From a virus (taxonomy: Duplodnaviria > Caudoviricetes), in the IMG/VR virus record IMGVR_UViG_3300028569_001484, positions 1-64,000 of that record: a stretch of DNA of 64,000 nucleotides; one strand, given 5' to 3'. Of this stretch, positions 58,674-64,000 are shown one piece after another (within the stretch, counting starts at the first letter, position 1; each line of letters starts with the position of its first letter). Both the position numbers and the translations under genes were made by a program. Under the pieces are notes generated by a model. It had not been told where the DNA came from. It was given only the letters and a program-made list of their open reading frames with translations, and searched no databases.

Positions 58674-61313
58674 TTATTTATTAATAATTGACCGATTTAA
58701 ATCTCCATCATTCAACAAATCTAAATTTGTAAGTTTTTGGTTTACAGTGTTACACACTCTTTCTTCAATGGTACCCGAAACAAAAACGATTTTTTGTATA
58801 GATTTGCTCTTGGCGCCATCTCGCCAAACTCTTCCCATTGACTGTCTCATATTAACAGCTGAATATGACGGACTTATTAAAGATATTCTAGGATGTTTTC
58901 CGGTTATATCGTGGAGCGAAATTCCGGCACCTCCTGCTGCAATATTAATTAATATAACTCTTTGTTTATCAGATTGAAAATCGTCAATGTTTTTTTGCCG
59001 TTCTTTGTCTTTCACAATACCGTTTACTATACATTTAGTATTTAATCTTTCTGCTAAAGCGTTAATACTTTCTGTAAAGTTTAAAAATACAGCGACACTC
59101 ATATTGTTTTCTAAACTTTCTTCTATCATTTCTATGAATAATGGTATTTTTACCATTTCTATAGACTGACGCATTCTCAATATTGCTGTTAGTTCAGTGC
59201 TCTTTTTATCTTTCTTGAGAAGTTTTTCAATCTTCAACAACTCAAGTTGCATTTCTTCATAAGCTGAATTGATTTTATCTTGGTCTTCTTTATCCATTTC
59301 ATAACATTCAGCGATAATTTGACTTTCTGGGAAGTTAGGAATGGAATCACGATTGAGACGAACGCCTCTGTTAACAAATATGTCATTGCTTAGTTTCTTT
59401 AAAGCATCTACATTACCACGAAACTCTAATCCAAATCTACCTTTTACAACACCGTGTGCATATGCCCATTCATAATACTGTTTGTTGTTCTTGAACAGTT
59501 GAATACATTGTCCTACTGTGCGTAGTTCAAGTGGATTGGTAGCCATAGTAGCACTACAAAACAACATCTTGTAACCTTGTTTGAGTGCTGCCATACACAT
59601 TTCACTATTTTTGGTCTTGGCATTCTTTAACTTTTGTGCTTCGTCCCAAACGATTAAAGTATTTTTGGGAACTTTCCAGACGAATTCTTTACGGTGGGTA
59701 TCTCTACGTTTTACATATGATGCAAACATATTGTCTGTTTTGCCAGTACGTAAAGATTCATAGTTAGTAATACCTACACATTTACCCCACATCTTAAAGT
59801 GATTTTTAATAACCCGTTTCCAACTTTCTTTAACCGCTTTAGGACATACAATCATAATGTCCATATTCAATTCTCTAGCTACAGCTGTAGCAGTATATGT
59901 TTTGCCTGTATTATGAGTAACTGTAAAATCACCAAGAAGAAATCTACCGTCGCCATCAAGTGAAAATCCATAAAAATCGTCATTTGACATAGATTCGACC
60001 GTGAATCCGACAACCAATACATCTTTCTTTTGATTTCTTATGTTTGATTTTTTTCTTTGGATACGTGTTGGAATTGATTCACAATTTCCGCTTATTGAAA
60101 CGTTATAATAATCTCCCACAACGCCATTGTTTGTACATTTCTTTTTGACACATTTAATATATGCGGCAAAACCTAAAGATCGTGATATAAACGCAACGTC
60201 GTTTGCAAGTTGATATGATTTACTAGTAAAATCAAAACCTCCGTTTCTATAATAACCATCAGAATCCAATAAACCAGCAAGTATTTCTAATCTTTGATTT
60301 TTGTTACAAATTTTATATTCTGTAGGAATAAATCTATCTTCACATTTGATTGGTAATAATCCTACATCTCGTAAATATTTAAATAATGTAGGTGCATTTG
60401 TTATTCGTTTTGTTATTGTTTCATTGGTGTTTCCCAATAACCAATTATTTTTATGAGATTCATCAATAATTGATTGCCAACAGATATCATCTATTGATGT
60501 GAACGTAATGATAGATTTCTGTGATAAACCACCGTCGCCTAACAATAACCCCATAAAATATGGAGAAAATGGATGATTCTTGGTCGCCCAATTATCAACT
60601 GCTACACGAAATAATTTCATATGTCGCTTCACTGACAATGGTAATTTTAGATAATCTGATACTTTGATGTCATAGATCTCATTGGAGTTATACCCACCAA
60701 TTGATTTTTTAGTAGAATGTAATTTGGTTATTTTGACTGTCAAAATGTGATTAATATTGACAGTGAAGGAATCTCCTTTTGTGGGAATAATTTTCACCAT
60801 CTGTTCATTTCCAGAACACAATGATGTTACTTTTTGAGGTCCATTCCACCCCATTATCACATCATTTACCACAATATTTTCTACCAATTTTATGGTACCG
60901 TCAAACATCAATATAGTCTGTCCTTTTGCATGACATCCAACGTCACTTCCATCTACAGCCGCCCCCCACTTTTTAATAGAAGATACTATCTTACTTACCG
61001 CTCCAACTTGCCAAGGACGCAATCCATCTGGAGTTTTGACTTCGTATAATGGAAGCGTTTCATCTACCTTTTGTTTGGGTTTTTTTGGATCTTTGAATAA
61101 TGTTGGATTATCATTGGTCTGTGTAAGAACCCAGTCTTGTTCTCTTTTAACGACTCCGTACCCTTTGCTTTTCAACATCAATTTGTTTACCTTCCAATAA
61201 GCAAAGAACTGATTGAGGTAAGATGGGGTAATTACCCATTCACGTTGAAACGTTACGTCTCCGTTTTTTTCTACTTGAACTGGATCTGACCACTTGATAT
61301 CCAAGTTAATCAT
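58674..61313 (-). CDS. SNF2-like superfamily 2 helicase interrupted by an intein
   Basis: LRPWQ, DVG|TGKT Walker A, WDEAQ, SAT, AGGAGISL, QSMGRVWRDG. Confidence 0.88.
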   Translation of the reverse strand: MINLDIKWSDPVQVEKNGDVTFQREWVITPSYLNQFFAYWKVNKLMLKSKGYGVVKREQDWVLTQTNDNPTLFKDPKKPKQKVDETLPLYEVKTPDGLRPWQVGAVSKIVSSIKKWGAAVDGSDVGCHAKGQTILMFDGTIKLVENIVVNDVIMGWNGPQKVTSLCSGNEQMVKIIPTKGDSFTVNINHILTVKITKLHSTKKSIGGYNSNEIYDIKVSDYLKLPLSVKRHMKLFRVAVDNWATKNHPFSPYFMGLLLGDGGLSQKSIITFTSIDDICWQSIIDESHKNNWLLGNTNETITKRITNAPTLFKYLRDVGLLPIKCEDRFIPTEYKICNKNQRLEILAGLLDSDGYYRNGGFDFTSKSYQLANDVAFISRSLGFAAYIKCVKKKCTNNGVVGDYYNVSISGNCESIPTRIQRKKSNIRNQKKDVLVVGFTVESMSNDDFYGFSLDGDGRFLLGDFTVTHNTGKTYTATAVARELNMDIMIVCPKAVKESWKRVIKNHFKMWGKCVGITNYESLRTGKTDNMFASYVKRRDTHRKEFVWKVPKNTLIVWDEAQKLKNAKTKNSEMCMAALKQGYKMLFCSATMATNPLELRTVGQCIQLFKNNKQYYEWAYAHGVVKGRFGLEFRGNVDALKKLSNDIFVNRGVRLNRDSIPNFPESQIIAECYEMDKEDQDKINSAYEEMQLELLKIEKLLKKDKKSTELTAILRMRQSIEMVKIPLFIEMIEESLENNMSVAVFLNFTESINALAERLNTKCIVNGIVKDKERQKNIDDFQSDKQRVILINIAAGGAGISLHDITGKHPRISLISPSYSAVNMRQSMGRVWRDGAKSKSIQKIVFVSGTIEERVCNTVNQKLTNLDLLNDGDLNRSIINK
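59910..60935 (-). mobile_element. LAGLIDADG intein (342 aa) in helicase Walker A
   Basis: Starts CHAKGQ, GLLLGDG and LAGLLDSDG motifs, ends FTVTHN before Thr. Confidence 0.92.
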
Positions 61314-61316
61314 AAA

Positions 61317-61616
61317 TCAATCACCCATTTCACTACGGTACTTGTTATTTCTAGCCAATTCGTGAATGTTGGTACGCACCAGTCTACCATCTTTCTTTAA
61401 TGCGCCAACTTCAAAAGAATCACTCATCAAATTGGTAAAATTTATACCCTGTGGGTCATCATAACCATGTCCAAGTTCAGACATATCAAACATAAAGTCT
61501 TTACGACGTTTACCATTTTTCTTGATGCATAAATTTTCTAGGTAATTAACCACCTCATTTAGATCGTTAAATGTTACGACCTTATTTATTGTTGTGTCTT
61601 TGATATAGTAACTCAT
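61317..61616 (-). CDS. hypothetical protein
   Basis: ORF with upstream TTGAAA-17 nt-TAAACT (61628-61656). Confidence 0.7.
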   Translation of the reverse strand: MSYYIKDTTINKVVTFNDLNEVVNYLENLCIKKNGKRRKDFMFDMSELGHGYDDPQGINFTNLMSDSFEVGALKKDGRLVRTNIHELARNNKYRSEMGD

Positions 61617-61676
61617 ATATTTCTTATAGTTTACTATATAACTATCTAACTTTCAATACTATTTAATATTATAATC

Positions 61677-62264
61677 TTAGTTAGAAGATATAGGTACAGG
61701 TGAGTAAATATTACGTTCTGTTTGACTGCGTATAGTTTCAAAATAATTAATCAAATTGTTGATTGTATGATCCGCAATGTCTTCAAACCAATCATTAGGT
61801 TTAAATTCTGTTGTACTTATTCCACCGTGTACTGGTTTTAAATTACCATTTTGAAATTCACCACGTAAAAAATTAATTAGATCTTTTTTAAGATTTTGTT
61901 TTTGTGAAATTACAAATATTTCACTTAATTCTTCTTTGTAACTTACTCTTACAGGAGATTGTCCTTTGCCACCACTACCTTTTTCTCCTCTACCAGCTGA
62001 TCTTTGTGCAGACTTCTTTCTCTTTACCCAATTAGCAATTGCTTTTTTACCGCCACTAGATCTTAGTCTAGCCGCATATTTTTTGCCTAAACAGGCACTG
62101 TAACTACTTCCTTGTTTAGCATCACCACATTTACCCGCTTTTTTGCCTGTACTATCATATCGATCCCAACCACCCCCACTGCTACTGCCCACTGGTCCTT
62201 TACCAAACCACGCACGTAATCCACCTTTATAGGCTTCTAATAAGAATTTGTCGTATTGATTCAC
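61677..62264 (-). CDS. putative internal head protein (basic Gly-rich module)
   Basis: LLE then GLRAWF...W...CG...CL...KRKK; likely GTG start after TATTTAT. Confidence 0.6.
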   Translation of the reverse strand: MNQYDKFLLEAYKGGLRAWFGKGPVGSSSGGGWDRYDSTGKKAGKCGDAKQGSSYSACLGKKYAARLRSSGGKKAIANWVKRKKSAQRSAGRGEKGSGGKGQSPVRVSYKEELSEIFVISQKQNLKKDLINFLRGEFQNGNLKPVHGGISTTEFKPNDWFEDIADHTINNLINYFETIRSQTERNIYSPVPISSN

Positions 62265-62275
62265 AACAATAAATA

Positions 62276-62452
62276 TCAATTAGATTCGTTATTTTTATTA
62301 AAAATGTTGCCTAAGTTTGTGAAGAATTTTTCTATTTTAGATTTATTGACCTTTTTCTTTTTGGTTTCGGATAGGTAAAATTTGATTTCCGCTTCATCCA
62401 AAACCACTTCGTTTCCATTGATATTGACGGTGATGCTTTTGTTCTTTTTCAT
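62276..62452 (-). CDS. 58-aa hypothetical protein (not in ORF track)
   Basis: MKKNKSITVNINGNEVVLDEAEIKFYLSETKKKKVNKSKIEKFFTNLGNIFNKNNESN fills the gap. Confidence 0.55.
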   Translation of the reverse strand: MKKNKSITVNINGNEVVLDEAEIKFYLSETKKKKVNKSKIEKFFTNLGNIFNKNNESN

Positions 62453-62460
62453 ACAGGCGC

Positions 62461-62495
62461 AAAAAAAATATATAATCGGTTAAGATTATATATTT
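62461..62495 (-). terminator. putative terminator hairpin
   Basis: aaatatataatc-ggttaa-gattatatattt with adjacent A run. Confidence 0.5.
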
Positions 62496-62523
62496 GTGTA
62501 TTTTAAAATTAGTTAATATTTGT

Positions 62524-63168
62524 TTAAACACCCATCAAAAAGTGTTCCCAATCTTTGTGTTTTGCTTCTTTAATCAAAGCTGACACTGGAATTGGTTGTG
62601 GAATACTAGGTTGTTTGATCAACTTCAAACCAGCTTCTGTATTCAACCTATTACCTTTTTTAGAATTGATATCCCGTGAACACAGTACCAGATTGGTCCA
62701 ACTGTCTTCTCCACCTTTACTGCGAGGTAGAATATGGTCTACAGTAGCTGAGTGACGATCAATCTTCTTGCCTGTGTACTGACAGATACCATTATCACGA
62801 TTATAAATCGCATCCTTGCTAGGTTTTCCTTTAAATGACTTCACAGGCATTTTGCTGAAATTAACAGCAATGATAACGGTTGGTACACGTACAGACATAT
62901 GAGCTGAATTGATTACCAAATCCCAGGGACGAATAGGTAGTTTCAACCATTCGGTCCAACTTACGGGATTCATATTCTTGGGAGCATAAAGATTTGGCTC
63001 TCCGTTCTCAAGCAGTTCGTAGTCAATGTCCAACGCCAAACTAGAAGGCTTACCATCAACTTCAGCACCACAAAGATCAATAATTGCATCTTTTACGGTT
63101 TTGAAACCAATTGGTTGCCAGTTCGAATTTAGGTTCAAACAGATCAATTTATTAGCTATTGTATTCAT
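62524..63168 (-). CDS. HNH endonuclease (McrA-like, host-type)
   Basis: LNLNSNWQPI, VPTVI, RDNGICQYTG, TVDHILPRSKGG...WTNLV...NSKKGN. Confidence 0.85.
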   Translation of the reverse strand: MNTIANKLICLNLNSNWQPIGFKTVKDAIIDLCGAEVDGKPSSLALDIDYELLENGEPNLYAPKNMNPVSWTEWLKLPIRPWDLVINSAHMSVRVPTVIIAVNFSKMPVKSFKGKPSKDAIYNRDNGICQYTGKKIDRHSATVDHILPRSKGGEDSWTNLVLCSRDINSKKGNRLNTEAGLKLIKQPSIPQPIPVSALIKEAKHKDWEHFLMGV

Positions 63169-63180
63169 AACTATACTATA

Positions 63181-63208
63181 ACTATACACCTCTTTTTATA
63201 AAAGTCAA
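63181..63208 (-). promoter_or_regulatory. sigma70-like promoter
   Basis: TTGACT-16 nt-TATAGT. Confidence 0.55.
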
Positions 63209-63499
63209 CACATTTTCTTCGGGTTCTAAACTTTCGTCAAGTCTATCAATTGCCATTTGTAAACTGCTAATTTCAAACCATTCATTTTTTTTACTTCTGG
63301 CAAAATGCTTCATTTGTTCGTGTATATCTTTTTCCGCACTATAACAGTCTGGGTGTTCTATATAATACTCTATTTTGTAATTTCTTAATGGACTGCTTGT
63401 TTGATATGTACGCAGTCTGGATTTAATGTCTTCAGTTACTCCTATTTTTATCCAACCTGGGAATGATTTGTTTGTTATTATATATATGTATCCTCGCAT
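63182..63499 (-). CDS. GIY-YIG / T5orf172 domain protein
   Basis: GYIYII...WIKIG...RLRTYQTSSP...EKDIH...EWF. Confidence 0.85.
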   Translation of the reverse strand: MRGYIYIITNKSFPGWIKIGVTEDIKSRLRTYQTSSPLRNYKIEYYIEHPDCYSAEKDIHEQMKHFARSKKNEWFEISSLQMAIDRLDESLEPEENVLTFIKRGV

Positions 63500-63516
63500 A
63501 TAAATATATATGTATA

Positions 63517-63549
63517 TTGTAATATTTTTGTAATATTTTTGTAATATTT
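63517..63549 (+). repeat. 11-bp tandem direct repeat x3
   Basis: ttgtaatattt three times, ending 6 nt before MGRKK copy D. Confidence 0.9.
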
Positions 63550-63555
63550 ATTTTT

Positions 63556-63717
63556 ATGGGGAGAAAAAAAATATATGAAAATGAAACCAATGTCGAAAAA
63601 CTTAAACGGTATAGACGGTATCGAATGCAATCTTATTGGAGAAACATCGACAAAGAAAGATTTAAAGCACGTGAGAGATATAAAAACATCAGTCGGAATT
63701 TACAAGATAATAAATAA
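63556..63717 (+). CDS. MGRKK-family small basic protein, copy D (not in ORF track)
   Basis: MGRKKIYENETNVEKLKRYRRYRMQSYWRNIDKERFKARERYKNISRNLQDNK. Confidence 0.7.
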   Translation: MGRKKIYENETNVEKLKRYRRYRMQSYWRNIDKERFKARERYKNISRNLQDNK

Positions 63718-64000
63718 GATTAATGGAAAATATTATGTGGGTAGTTCAAAAAACATTGATGGCAATTTTGGAAGATGGTATAAACATAAATATTATTTGA
63801 ATAAAAACAAACATCCTAATAGTCATTTACAAAATGCGTGGAATGCGTACGGTGAAAATAATTTTGAATGGACTATAGTAGATTTTTGTGAAGAATCTGA
63901 TTTACTGAAAATAGAACAAAAATATTTAGACGATGTTAAATTAAATAGAAATTTATGTTATAACAAAACATTTTTGGCCAGCAGAGTAGAGTGGACCGAT
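63575..64000 (+). mobile_element. GIY-YIG homing endonuclease (3'-truncated by window edge)
   Basis: GIYKIINKINGKYYVGSS...RWYKH...HPNSHLQNAWNAYGENNF...EQKYLD...CYN. Confidence 0.88.

Noticed and set aside
59910-60935. Helicase intein as a novelty
   Set aside because: LAGLIDADG inteins in helicase Walker A motifs are well known; listed as a feature only.
662-62755. Numerous 60-170 aa antisense or nested ORFs in the track (e.g. 662-937, 38840-39244, 58468-58977)
   Set aside because: They are shadows of well-supported genes with no motifs or start signals; only the MGRKK ORFs have independent support from four-fold homology.
1-64000. Alternative genetic code (stop-codon reassignment)
   Set aside because: Core genes are full length in the standard code, and TAA, TAG and TGA all terminate genes; the breaks found are frameshifts, not in-frame stops.
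1-64000. tRNA, rRNA or other structured RNA genes
   Set aside because: Intergenic gaps are short and AT-rich and no cloverleaf or T-loop motif was recognised by eye; a covariance-model search would be needed to exclude them fully.

Overview
AT-rich, densely coded 64 kb segment of a large (probably jumbo) tailed dsDNA phage using the standard genetic code. It has T4-like replication genes (family B DNA polymerase, sliding clamp, two clamp-loader subunits, dNMP kinase, dUTPase, SNF2-like helicase, PD-(D/E)XK exonuclease, UV-damage endonuclease) and a MoxR-type AAA+/VWA pair. It also carries about 30 sugar-nucleotide, glycosyltransferase, methyltransferase and radical SAM genes in two blocks, putative internal head proteins (one with a lysozyme domain), two inteins (one in an IscU Fe-S scaffold gene) and at least six free-standing homing-type endonucleases. 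The strongest unexplained signal is one architecture repeated four times. A short locus-specific direct repeat is followed by a mostly unannotated 51-53 aa basic ORF starting MGRKK. That ORF overlaps, always in the same +1 frame relationship, the 5' end of a homing endonuclease, and the four nucleases belong to three unrelated catalytic families. This suggests a programmed-frameshift or controller-peptide module. Also notable are four frameshift lesions confined to accessory genes, two split glycosyltransferases, a recoded target-site duplication at the helicase 3' end, and two promoter classes, several apparently leaderless. All family calls are from motif recognition by eye; no database searches were run.
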